A DNA stretch of 64,000 nt. Origin: Podarcis bocagei (Eukaryota). How positions within the stretch are numbered: position 1 is the first letter of the stretch; the number at the start of each line of letters is the position of its first letter. Below, piece by piece: positions 27,801 through 41,500 of the stretch. The translations under genes and the position numbers were made by a program. The stretch lies in assembly GCA_964188305.1 (NCBI GenBank), contig OZ076889.1. One strand, given 5' to 3'. The notes under the pieces are model-generated. The model did not search any database, was not told the origin of the DNA, and worked only from the letters and a program-made list of their open reading frames with translations.

Positions 27801-30800
27801 AGGAAGTAGAGTGAGGTATGAATGGCTTGAAAGCAAAATTTATGTAGATAACTAATTATAAATCTCCAACTAAAACAAAATGTGATCATTACTATTAACC
27901 CCCAAATTATTTGCTATAGAGGGGATCTATAGATTTTTGTATCTATTTCTGCTTCTTTCTACGGCACTTACAGCCATCACAGATTCACTTAGGGCTGTGT
28001 TTTTTAAAAAGCAGGTCCTTTTTAGGATGTGCTATTCTGAATCCTCCACTGAAAGGAGACGGCAGTTATTGTGTTTAAGGGAACAGCAACATAAAACACA
28101 GTGTCAATATAATCTGAAGGACAAGTTAAATGCCATGCCGTTGGTCCCCCCCCCCCCAAAAAAAATCCTCCATGCACAAATTAAGCAGTACAATTAGTTA
28201 CACTATAATGAACATTGCATGAAAGGTCCATTAAACCTCTGAGAGATGACAGAATCTCTGGTGACATTAAGGACCCTGCAGAATTCTCGAGCTCCCAATG
28301 CTTACTGTTGATATACTCAACCACAAACTCAGTTTCAGGATCAAATGTGTGGTTCCAGGTGATGTTTGCCCAGTTACTGTTAGGTGAAGCTTTTACATCC
28401 CAGATAGGCTGCTTTGCACCACCAGCTGGTGAACAGGTTAGAACAGAGGTTAGTAAACTGGATTATGAACAGAGAGATGCATTCTAACTGCATGCCCAGA
28501 TTTAAATGAATTGTTTTCCTTAGGAGGAAATGAAGAGCATCCTCCTCCCCACCCCCACCAGGTATAGAACACAACAGACTGTGGATGCTTCAACATTACC
28601 TCACATAACATAACACAAACAAAAAAACATTGCAAAGCCATTTCAATTCATACGTCAAGAACTTTTTGGGGGGTATATCTAAATATATCCTTTGAAACAG
28701 CAAGGTTTGCATATAAATTACATATTAAAATGTACACCTGGATATATGCCCATACTAATACTCTCTTTGGCCATAGCCATTCTCTAGTGCAGCCTTGAAC
28801 AACCTGGTGCCCCCTAGATGTTTTCAACTATTACCAAAGGTGATGGGAGTTGTAGTCCAAAACATCTAGAGGGCACCAGGTTGGTGAAGGTTGTCGTTGC
28901 ACCAGCAAATTGAGAGGTACAACATTTTCAAAATGGCCAAGGATAGAGACATCAATCTTTCTGCCAAATTATCTTGGAAGCAGGATAATGGCCCAAGATA
29001 GATGTCATGTGTCCATACATCTATAAGAGTACAAATCACCTTAGGAATTTTAGTGCCACAAATTAATGAGCCACTTGCCTGTCAAAAGCAACACTCTACA
29101 GGGCAGGGTCAACTCAGCTGCCTAATTCTTACAGGGCAGTGCAGAAGGTTACGTTCCCAGCCCTTATGCCAATACCTACTTTGCAGGAATATAGAAATCC
29201 CACATAGCAGCTCCTGATGGTCTACATAACTAGACAGGCAGATATTTATTAATGATGATCTGCTTCAACATTGCACCAAACCAAGGTGAAATTCATTGCC
29301 AATTCTCACTGTTTTAAAATTGAGAAAATACTGGAAAGCAAAATGTTCTTGTCACTATTCTGGATAGTGGGTAACAGAATTAGCTGGTTTTAGGTCAAGT
29401 TAGTTTGTGACAACATCAGTTTAACTGGCTTCAGTCCATTAGTTTAGAAACTCTGACTATTGCATTAAGCTTCAAGTCTATACATACTTACCTGGGAGTA
29501 AGTCCCACTGAATTCAGTTGGAGTAAGTCCCACTGAACTCAGTGGGACTTACTTCTGAATAGACACGCAGATAATTGTTCTGTTAGTTATTATAACATGA
29601 TAAAGTGAAAACAATTCAATATATCTTTGACATGAGAACACATTCTTCAACAATAAATACAGCCACTTTATGACTTAAAAAATGACAGTTTCCTCCTCAG
29701 CTATACTTTTACGTCTTTACAAAAAGCTATTTCTAACAATAACAGTTCAGTTTTTAAAATGTCTATAATTTCATATCTTGATCCATCAATTACCACTGCA
29801 TGCTCATTCATGCAACATTTAGTTTTGAGCCACAGCTGAGAAATCCTTGCATCAATAAATTGCAAGCCAGGCACCAAGTTCATATGCCTATGCTTGGAAT
29901 GTACATGAGCATTCCCATTGACTCCAATGAGACTCCATGCATGCAAGAAATTTGAAGCTGGGCTTAATCAGAACTACTTGAGTTTGCTTTAACTTCTCTT
30001 CAGGAGTATAAATTTACTGCAAACCATGAGATACTACATGTCTGTTTTTAAAGTGGCTAAGCAAAATGAGGCATGGTGCCCCAGTGGTCAGTCAAATACC
30101 TTTTTCTGGATGTGTTCCTATTTCAGATTGAGGTATTTATATGCAGTAGATGTGGACTGTTCCAGTAAGTTTGACACATGTTGCATTTTTCATACAGGGC
30201 AACCAAATATTTGCATAGTGAACGTTTGGATGTGCACATCATTTGTTGGTAGGGACCTAGCAAGATCTCTCTGCAGCAGCCCTAAGAAGCAGTTCTCTTA
30301 TGTAAAGATTTTCTTTTTAACACTGAAAAGAATCATATGGTATTTGCCAAGTCCCATAATGAAGCAGATGCATTAATTAATGCAACCACTGCTTTTACTA
30401 CATTGTAGGGATGACAGCCAATTTAGCCCACTATATTTTGTTATAGTGTATTTGCTGTACCTGCTTATCCTAGCCTACAGGTAGCAAGGAAAACTCTTGT
30501 GTTATACATGTGCATAAACAAAGCTGACCTGTCTCTCTGAAGAACAAATTAATCTAAAGTCACTTTATCACGGCAACATACTGAGACCTTGAATGCACAA
30601 CCCAAGGATTACTTTTCATTTGCTGCTAATCTTTTATCACAGCACTGAGAAACTCTACGTGTTGGATGGTTTTCAAAGCAACAAACCTTAATGTTAAGCC
30701 TGAATTACAGGCTTAAAAAACCCCCTGACAAGATCCAGGTATGGATTGGACGACTAATAGAAAAGGAAAGATGAAAACACAGTACCAGAATCCTCTACTG

Positions 30801-33800
30801 GGATACCTATTGTGCTAGCAATAATTGTGGTGATGGCTGCTTCCGTGGTGGTTGGAGCTTCGGTAGTGGTTGGAGCTTCTGTGGTCGTGGTTGTGGTGGT
30901 AGCTTCTGTGGTGGTTGTGATAGTAGCTTCTGTGGTGGTGGTGGTGGTGGCCACAATGGTAGTAGGGCTGATGGTTGTTGGAGAGATTACAACTGGGAGA
31001 AGGAAGTGTAAAAACTACATTTTGAAAAGTATTTATATTTTCCAGTTCTTTGGCTTTGTCATTCCCTGAAGCTAGGTGCGCATGCAAGATATGGCAAAGT
31101 GGATCAAGACACACACACACAAAAACAAACAAACACAAAACATACAATTCAGGGGCAAAAAGAACGAAGCCATCTGCAAAGAGGACAACAAAGCCTGAGT
31201 TTCGCTTTCTTTCCTTGCCACACTTTTGACTAACAACAGTTAATACAATTCAGCTGCAGAGTGGGCAGGTGTGGGAGAGTCCTGGAATCCATCAAATAAA
31301 GGCGCATGCAAAACCTTCTGTAGGCAAGTGCACTGTAAACATATGGGCAAAGCAGCAGAAAGTGGGAGGCATTGGCTTAAAACAAATACTTGCCCACAAA
31401 CATGCTATTTGTTTTTAGGTTCCATTCACTGACTGAACAGAATGCTTCTCTTGGTTGTGAGAGCATTAGGGCATTCCAGCCCCTGCGGACAGCAGATATA
31501 GGCTTAACTGGATTGAAAAGCAAGAAAATGCATACATATCTCCGTGAGATAACGTGAGAATGGGCCTGACTCCTCAAAATGAAGCAACTTGTATGATACA
31601 GCAAGTAAAGTTTTCCTCCCTCGACACTGAAATAGGAAACTTCAAGAAACAATGCAGAACAAGAAACTGTAATTCAGCCTTTTAACGTTAAGAGTAAGAC
31701 ATGTGGAAACCACAAACAATGAACTTAACTTCTAAGTGGTTTTTACCATTCTAAAGCTACTATGTTTAAAACATAGCTATTTTAAGACTCAGTAGGTTGC
31801 CAAATAATGCATCTAAAGAAAATACACAATACAGTTTCACACGTGAATGCATTTATAATGTGATCCTGTATATATCTGGGCCTTATTCCCATGTAAACAG
31901 ATCACAGCTTTCGCTCATGGACATGTGTTTGCTTTTCGAACATATAGAAGAAATAAATACAAATGGCCTTGATGTATCCTCTTGAATACTTCTGATATTT
32001 CCTATGGTGGCTTCCTGCTTCTGGAATGCTCTCCCCAGAGAGTTCACCTGGAACCTTCGTTACCTATCTTTAGTGGCCAGGCAAAAACGCTCCTATTCTC
32101 CCAAGTCTTTGGCTAATTAAACAATCTATGGCCTTTTAAAGTGTGTATGGGGTAGTTATTCTTTTTGTTTGTTATTATGGTATGTATTTTTGTGTTTTTA
32201 TATTGTAACCCACCCTGTGATCTTTGGATGAAGGGCGGTATAGAAATTTTATAAATAATAGTAATAAGAGTAAGAACTCTAATACAGGTGGGACTTAGCT
32301 CAGGGTTAAAATACTAAAGGGAAGCAGGTGGCACTGTGGGTTAAACCACAGTGCCTAGGGCTTGCCGATCAGAAGGTTGGCAGTTTGAATCCCCGCGACG
32401 GGGTGAGCTCCCGTTGCTGGGTCCCTGCTCCTGCCAACCTAGCAGTTTGAAAGCACGAAGTGCAAGTAGATAAATAGGTACCACTCCAGCGGGAAGGTAA
32501 ACGGCATTTCCGTGCACTGCTCTGGTTCACCAGAAGCGGCTTAGTCATGCTAGTCACATGACTTGGAAGCTGAATGCCGGCTCCCTCAGCCAATAAAGTG
32601 AGATGAGCGCCGCAACCCCAGAGTCGGTCACGACTGGACCTAATGGTCAGGGGTCCTTTTACCTAAAATACTAAAGTAGGGAAGGGAAGAAGATTGTCCC
32701 ATTTCTGACAAATCAAAAGGTTTTCCATATTCTTCAAAAGCACTAGGTTTTTATAATTTTTTGGCAGGAAGCATATTGTGCTAAATGGGCCATCGGCAAG
32801 GTAAATCCTATTCTCTTAAAAATGACAGAATTTGACCTTAAGCAGGCAAGTCACCTTTAAACAGACAATTAGATTTTAAAACTCTTAGCAAAATAGAATG
32901 ATCCAATTTGTTGTGGACCAGGCAGAGCAAAAATTAAATTAACACTGCACACCCTGAACTGTAGCGAAGGCATTTCTCAGTTGACAGCTTTCTGACAATA
33001 GAATTTTGTGCAGATCACACATTTTCCCTACTTTTAAGCTCTGAAGCAACATGAAATACTTATCACACAGATTCTCACACCTTGCAAATTATTTATTTTA
33101 GATGAGGATGGACTGCAAATTGAAGCCCATTCCCACACTCCAATCCCCACATTGTGTTAGTTAAAAAACCCAACAACCCTAGTTTTGGTAGAATCACACA
33201 CACATGCTGTAAAATATATATACCACTAGAAATAAGTGTAATGTTAGTCTGTAGATAAGGAACAGTTTTAAGCTGGTCTGCTTACTACAGCATCAGTGCT
33301 GTATACTTACTCTATCTGTTTAAGATTTTTGGCAGAGCAAGCTGAAAATGGAATTTAAGGCATTTTTAGTCTTGCCTGAATTCTCCCGGGGGGTCAGGAC
33401 CTGAATCCCGAAAAGGATATGAATGGGAAGAGAAATAGTGCTTTTGGTTAATAACATTGTAAATGGACTCTTTGTTAGTGAATCCTAGATGAAATAAGAT
33501 GGTCTGGGTTAAGACCAGAGGTCAGGCTACATTATGAAAATGGACCTTCCTAACTGCAGAAAGTCTTACTAGCCGTTTTGGCTTTGTTATATCGCTCTCT
33601 CTGCAAAATGTCTCTGAAAACCCTTGGCTGGTTTGCTGTAATACAGATTGCTTCTGAAATTTAAACACATGGTAGAAAGTAGCTCAGCTACTGGGTACCG
33701 CTCTACCTATAAAACCTGCTGCACACTTTGATGGCTTTTGTTTGTCTGTTTTTGTAAAAATTAATATCAGAATATTTAACGCTGGAACTTTAGCCCACTT

Positions 33801-35548
33801 AGTGATCTAATCCTACAGAATACTAGGTTTTGTCACTCTCATAATGTGGAAAGATCACAGCTGCAAGCTTCAATCAACTAACCCAGGGATGTGAAATCAG
33901 CTAAAGCTTTAATGACCAACTAAAAATCTGCACAATTAATCAGCTAGGCCAACAAGTAACAGAAATCTCACATGGGGAGTCCTGAATGCTTCAATAATGT
34001 GCAACATACCATTTCTCTCCTCCCTTCACTAATTTGGACTAAACAGAATTTGCTTCCCCCCATCCTCATTCCAGTTTGTATATGGGAGGCAAACTATAGC
34101 TTCCAAGGAACAAACCGCTAACAGTGCTCGATTGAAATCAGTGGGCAGGATTCACCTAACCAACCCCATCAGCAAAAGCCCTGTGTAACGACTTCCACTT
34201 GCACAATGGGGCTTCCTCCTCCCTTCCAAAGTACCCCCCCCCAAATTGGTTGGGGTTTTTACCTCAGAAGAAACCCCAGAATAATGCCTCGGGGGAGAAG
34301 ACCAGGCAGGGGGAAGAGGGAGCCCGACTGCACATTGAATTCCACTCAGTATGACTTTTAAACCTAGATCTTGCATAAAACTGATAGGCTGTGAACTTAA
34401 GGTTTTCCCCTATGCCATTTTGTTTCTGATGACTTGCTGCAATCGGGAAAATTCCATATTCTCAATTTCCTGTTTTTAAAAAATGAATGCCAAATTGGTG
34501 GGCTTTTAATTCTAAACGGTGTAACGTAGCTTTCATTTGTTACACTTCCAAACTCTCCGCACATGACTGAAAGTGTCCTTTTCCTTCACCCCAAGCCTGG
34601 CTTCCCAGTCACAAGAAGCCAAACAAGGCTTTAAATCTTGAAGATTTCATTGTTGTTAACAGTCTTGCCATCTCTCAAAGTTCACTATATATAATGAGTT
34701 GGCTTAAGTGCCCCTTTTATCATCTGGCTTTCGACCTCCTCTGGCTCCATGAGGGTCAGACGCTTGATATTCTCCAACAGAGTGAGGGTTGGAGAATTAC
34801 TCCAGCATTAAAAGGAAAACACACGTTCTCATGAATTTCTATAACAAATGAGGTTTGGAGTGAAAGATTAATTAAATACCCTTGAGATAATCACAAAAGC
34901 TGTCTGGACTACAAATGGCTCCCCTGCTGCAGAAGAAGCACTTGCAGGTTCACCGAGGTGGACACACATATGGTTTTTTGTCTTTGAAGGAGCTTGAACA
35001 AAAGATGCATGACACCAAAAGAGAACCAGTACATAAAATCAGAGACCAATGAAAATCATCACACTATACAGGTAATCTTCCTGCTGCTTTTGTCCAACAA
35101 CATAATAGGTGTAAAAGAAATGAAGACACCAAGCAGCCAACAATACTATCTATATTGCAGGATCTTCATGATAAACCAAGTGTTCAATTCAACATCACAG
35201 CAGATGCCACAGCGATAGCATTTCATACCTTCATGCAAAAGCACAGCAAATGCAATAAAGTCACTTTAAAGTGTGTAAGATTTGTCAAACAACACTGAAG
35301 AAAAACCCAGAGAAAGTGCATTATATAACCAAGGAACTCAAGCTTAGGAAAACTAGCATGTATACTTTATAGAATATGACAGAGGGAAAGTGGAAGAGTC
35401 TGAGTTCTCTTAGGGCCTTTCTGCACTTACCGTTATAGTGGTAGAGTTGTTAGGTTTGGGGCACTTTTTGGCTACACAAGATTGGCATTATTCAGCTAGT
35501 ATTCTGGAATAATGTACTAAAGAAGCTGCCTTTTCTTGTGAGGCCAAA

Positions 35549-35591
<43 letters not shown>

Positions 35592-38500
35592 ATATTCTGA
35601 CTCGGGAAAGATCCAAAATGGATCTTTGTGTGACATGTGAACAAGCATTGTCCTATTTTCTGTGTGGAGGGTTGGTGGTGGTTGTTTGGGAGGAATCTGT
35701 TTCCCAACACTTCCATCTGATGGGTGCAAGCAGTTCAGAGGAGAGCTTTGGCCAATGCAGAGTCCAAGTCAAAGTACTGTCCTGACAGCAATCATTAGCT
35801 GCATGCAAAATTTCATTGCAGCAACTAGGTTTGCAGTAGCTCAGGCAGACACGTAATTCCTCTTCTAGTCTCCTAGACAACCACAAAATTGCAATTGTGG
35901 AATACTAGGCATTAAATACCCTGCCCTGAAAAAGAAATCCAGGAAAGGGCTACCCATGCCCAGAATGCCAACATTTTCTGGCTGAAGGAACATGAGGGTG
36001 TGACTACAGCCATGGAACAATTCTCACTTCAGATGCAACCTTTACTTTTTTGTGGAGAAAAAACCCAGCCCTTAATCTTTATTAGGAATCAGATTTGTTA
36101 CTGAGCTCTCTTCCTGAAGCTTCTGATTTCACTCACCATTTAAAACTGTACTCCGCTTTTCACCTGACATGTTTCCTCAGATGCAAAAAAGCTATTTCCT
36201 GCAATTCCTAGAACTTTCTGTGGCCTAAGGTAGCTGGTGTTCACCGGAGCTACTCTTCTTTAACTGGGTCCAACAGCAGTCACAGAAAGTACTTAGTACA
36301 AAAAGCAGGTCCACCAAAATGATTATCTTGGGGTAGCACAACTGCATTGTATAGCACAACTACGGCAACCATTGCTGAATGTTTACTTTAAAAGAGGGTG
36401 GGGAATCAAGCCCTGCTGTCATAAAGATAAAGCTGCAAAAAAAAATGTCCAATCTTTGGGCTTCATGTTTGGATGGATATGAAATTAGATTAACAGATGC
36501 TGGCAGGTTCCCTGCTGTGGCAGTAGGAAGAGAAAGACCTAAACTGGCCAGATGGAGGAAGATGGAAGCAAAGGGTAGCACTGGAGAGTGGTTGCGTGGG
36601 TTTGGTCCTAATCCTAATAAAGGTATTCCTTCATTTGCTTCTGAATATTAAACACATGACAGAAAGAAGCTCAGCTGCTGGGTACTGAAGGGCGAAGGAG
36701 GGGACTGGCTTCTCATTTGAAATCCAACCCTTTAATGAGAGTGCACTGCGGGCTTAAAGATAAAGGGAGCCTTTGATCAGAAGCAGAGCCTTGCTGCATA
36801 TGAGGAGTGACAAAGACATACTGTGAAGGGCAATGGACACTTGGGCAGCCATCTAAGGGAGTTGTGCAAGCACACAGTGTGTGGTACTGGAAGCAGCATC
36901 TGAGCCATAACCCTCCTTGTGTCACAATGAGGACTTCAGGACTTTGAAATCCTGTCCCTCTTCTAACGCACTTGGGTAACGTAACCATTATCAACCCGCA
37001 GGGGAGAGGGGAACTTTGAAAACATACTAAAAGGAAAAATCTGATTTTAAGATAGATCCCACTAAGGTGACTATTTTGGCAGCAGAACGCTGCATAAGAG
37101 ACAATGTCCATTCAGCCACTTTAAGGTCCCAACAGATAGTCATGGCCAGGTATTTCAGCTGTTTTTTAAGGACATCAAATGTGGGTTTGGTTTTGAAGGT
37201 GCTGTCAGCTGAAACCACTGGCTCGCTTGCCTCTATCAAAACCTGATGTTTAATACATCCATCTGTCATTTGCTTAAACCTGCATTTGCAGCTGTATGAT
37301 AAAACTGTGTCCCTGGAATGCTGGAATAACGTTGAATTTCTGTCCATCTATCCTATTAAGGGTCCATAAATTAGCCTTGCTGAACCTGGTGATTTATATA
37401 TATGTTTACTACAATTCCCATCAGGTCCTGTCAGTAGAGCATCAGGTTTAGGAAGGGTGTCATGGAGCAAGTTTGCTATCCAGTGCTCTAACCACTATTG
37501 TGCACAATTTACCCTTCAGCAAGGATTAACTTTGGCAAGGAGTGACAAGCATTTGCTGGAACCGTGCACTTCCCTTGATGCCAGTGATGCAGCTAAACCA
37601 AGTGCACTAGAGGCAGGCTTTTCTTACACAATTTATAGAATAGCATGTCTGGATTTATTGCCTTGGTATGTTCCGTGAGACTGTTTAATTGCTATGGTGT
37701 AAGAGTCAGTGAAAGCAGGCTGAAAGACACAGATGTGCAGCTTTCTAACTGATTAGCTAAAAGTAAATGAAACCAAGAGACCCTCACTAAGTAATGATTT
37801 TCCCCAGAGTAAAGGGCTCCACTTATGTTCATAGTCTCAACCTCTATACCCAGATACAAATGCTGCCTGCTTTCATTAGCAGAGACGAGAACACAGAATT
37901 TGAGGCTCTGCCTAATTAAATTCAGCGTATTATTACTGACCCTGCTTCGACAAATATACAGGCTGAACGGGGAAGGTGGGGAATCTGTATGCAGAAAGAG
38001 AGACATATCTATATTTCACAGAGATCTATTGCATTCATACTGATTACCCAAACTTCAATTTGATGCAAAGGAGGACAATGCTCATGTACCTAGAATAGCT
38101 GGACTGAAGAAGGAATTTTAACAGGTGCAGGTCGTTACGGAGGGGTAAGAAAAGCTGTACCTGATGAGCCTCTTCAATACAAGTTATTTTATACAGGAGT
38201 TCTGACCTTTATATACAGTCATTCTATCTGTGATGGATAAGAGGAAGGGAAAATCAAGACAACACGCTGAGGCTTAAAAGCTGCAGAAACGCAAGGAGCA
38301 AAGTCTGAGAGCAAGGTTGTTCTAGATAATTGGAGGATGACCTCTATTTGCCAGAACAGCAAGCAATAGGTACACACAGCACAATTTCCTTTGGTAGTGA
38401 GATAACCACATATATTCCTTATTTAAACCAATGCACATGGTACTCAATGTGTTAATAACTTCTAATTCAGCAGGTTTTGTTTTGTTTTTTTGTCCAGTCC

Positions 38501-41500
38501 CCTTAAAATTAAATGTAGCACCTTAAAGGCTCAAGGTAGAAATGTTTCCTTACTAGATGCTGAACATTTCCAGTTTTCAATGTTGAACAGGCATCCATTC
38601 ATTTACTTTTATCCTACTAAACTGAAATAACTGCTAGAAAGGCATGGAACTCAGTTGAAATTTCTCTATCACTAATAGTGTAATCTCTATGTATGTTTAC
38701 TCAGAAGGGAGTTCAATGACACATGCTCCCTGGTGTAATCTCTATGTATGTTTACTCAGAAGGGAGTTCAATGACACATGCTCCCTGGCAAATGTGTCTA
38801 GTGCTGCATCTTTAAAAGTACCGGTACACTTCTAGAGCCCTAGTACTGCCATGCACAAAGGAAACAACTAGACACACACGTACTATTATTTAATTATTCA
38901 AAGAAGATTCTAATGGGCTGTTAACAAGAACTGCCTTCCCAGAGTGTGTGTACAGCACTTGTAGGCTTGGGAAGGCTGGATGAATATTTTATAAACACTG
39001 ATGGGGAGCCAAACCTATTTCCAGGAGAGTTTTCCCTTGCTTTGGCAATGTGAGGAAATTGAAAGAGAAATAACCCATTAATTTGCTCCAAGTCTAACGA
39101 CTGCAAAACAAACAAACAAATAAATAAATATGCAGACATGTAGTCATTCAGTAAGTGATATAAGTGCCAAATTGAATGAACCACAAATGTGAGGACTGAA
39201 ATATGGTTCTGCTGAAAAGCTAATCATCTTAGGCTTGTATCAATATGGCACTAAGTAACCATCCCTCCGGCGTAAGAATTTATGCTTGCACAACAGGACT
39301 TTCTGCCCCTCTGTACCCTCTGCAAATATGCTCCAGAGAGTGGGGGAACCTGCAGGAAAGATTTAGGGGCCATGCATGGAGAGGTGAAAGAAAGTCCTGT
39401 TGTCCGTGTAAATCCTTGTGCTGGCTAGCTGGTTACTTAGCATGACATTGAATACAAGCCAATATCCTCATGTCAATCCCTACCCTTGATTTTGAAGCAT
39501 TTATCTCCCATTTCTGCATATGGGGAAAGACTAGCAAATTCTTTATTTTCTACCAGTGGACATCCAGTCTTTTTCTTCTTGACAAAGAAATTTGTCAAGA
39601 GCTTGCTTTATAAACTTGGTGGAGTTTATAAAGCAACAGCCCAAATAATGTGCTACCCAGTCCTATTCCACAGAAACCAGTGGCTGATGCTTCTTAGGCA
39701 CAGAACCAAAAATTCTAAAACTTATTCTTTCAAGAGTCAGATCTTTCTGTGATTTTAGTTGTAACTTCTTACACATTAGCAAAACTGCCTCTCTCTAGCA
39801 GAAGAGCCAGAATCAATCACTTATGGACTAGTTGTACTGCATAACAAAAAACAAATTGATCCAGATTTATCCTTAGCAAATGAAACTACAATCCTTTAAA
39901 TCAGGGTTGCAGGAGAGCAAGGCAGACAACTCTAATAAACCACTTTCTTTTATCAGAGCACACTGCTGGATTCCTAAGTGTGCGTGAGGAATGTCAAATC
40001 CTTCCCTGTCCCTAATGTAAACCTTAGGTCTAGCTCATACATTGGCTAATATCACATCATAAAGAAAACATGGAACTAAGAGCCTTTTGCTCATAGTGCA
40101 CATGTCAACATTCATAGGATCTTGGCAACCACACATGCATTTACTCTGTAGGAGCTGCAAAACACCACTCATAAGAGCTAATAATTTTAATGTATGCCGT
40201 GCTAGACTGGCATCCTTTTAAACCAAATTGGACAGGCAGGCCCTTTTTATGTAGGCCATGCAACTGTTTTCACACTGTGGTCCAGCAACCCCTGAAGTTT
40301 CAGTCCATCTAAATGTACAGCTTTGTTCTATTCAGTTTGTACATCAGTACAAAATATGCTAGACTAAAGGGCAACTGTCAGCTTTAGAGTCTGAGTAAAA
40401 GGCTTTTTTGTTTTGACATTGCACAGAATATTGCTCTGGTTCTATCAATTTTATGTCTCCTAAATTGTCAGACTTGGGTTTCTTGACACTTTCCAGTTTT
40501 GATTGTTAATATTATTAGATCTCATGATTCTAGTCTACACAGTAGTTCTTCTGGAAAGTATAACAAAAACCTTACGATTCCCTTTCCAAGGTGGGATGTG
40601 TCTGACTTCAAGCAGTAAAAATCTGTCTGCTATTTGCACAAACAAAACATGGGTCAGGGTGAAGCCAAAGCTGGCCTATATAATGCTACATTCATACATG
40701 CTCAAATAGAGCCTAGATTAGATTCAGGTATTATTGGTGCTGTTCAGGGATGAGTTTGGTTAACATCAGAGGTCCACAAATACAGTAATCACAGTTTACT
40801 AGCGGCAAATTTGAGGAGGGTTGTAGCTCAATCATTGAACATCTACCTTGCATTCAGAATGTCCCTGGTTCAATACAAGATCTTTCCAGTTAGGGCTTTG
40901 GAAAATCCTTGCCTCAAACCCTGGAGAGCCATTGCCAATCAGTGCAGGCAGTACTGAGCTAGATGGACCAATGGTCTGACTCAGTATAAGGCAACTTCCT
41001 ATGTTATTATTGGTTGTCAAGCTCCAGGACCAACTCAGCAATAGAGGCAAATGAGTCAACTCCATGGAGTTTCAAGATCTCAAGGGTGCCAGCCTCAGCC
41101 ATGTCTGAGAGAGAGAGAGAGAGAGAGAAAGAAAGAGAGAGACAGACAGACAGAGAGAGGTGCTGCCCATGTTTTAAAATGAGGTTCACAGTTGCAGCTT
41201 GCAGCTGGATTACATCCCCTGTATTTCAAGGTTCTTCTGAGCTCTATCAACTTGACATGGCTCGATTATAATTATAATAGGGAGGAGTAATGAATGCAAA
41301 AAAAGTATTGTGATCCAAAAATGTATATCGATCCAATTTAAAAGCATGATCTGATGCACATTTACTCACAAGGAAGCCCTGCCAAGCCCGAGCCAAAATG
41401 TGTGGGCACTTGGTTATCCTAGAGCAGAAATATAATTTTGGTTCTTTAATGATCAAGAATAGATCAATCTGCTACCCTTTGTATTGCTGGGAATAAAAAT

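Noticed and set aside
29484-29495. ATACTTACCTGG resembling the U1 snRNA 5' end
   Set aside because: No U1 body follows; it is part of a small repeat
30812-31147. Val-rich plus-strand ORF and His-rich minus-strand ORF
   Set aside because: These are antisense and alternate-frame shadows of the Thr-rich PAT exon
40814-40890. tRNA-like sequence
   Set aside because: It is a degenerate SINE head with no intact cloverleaf
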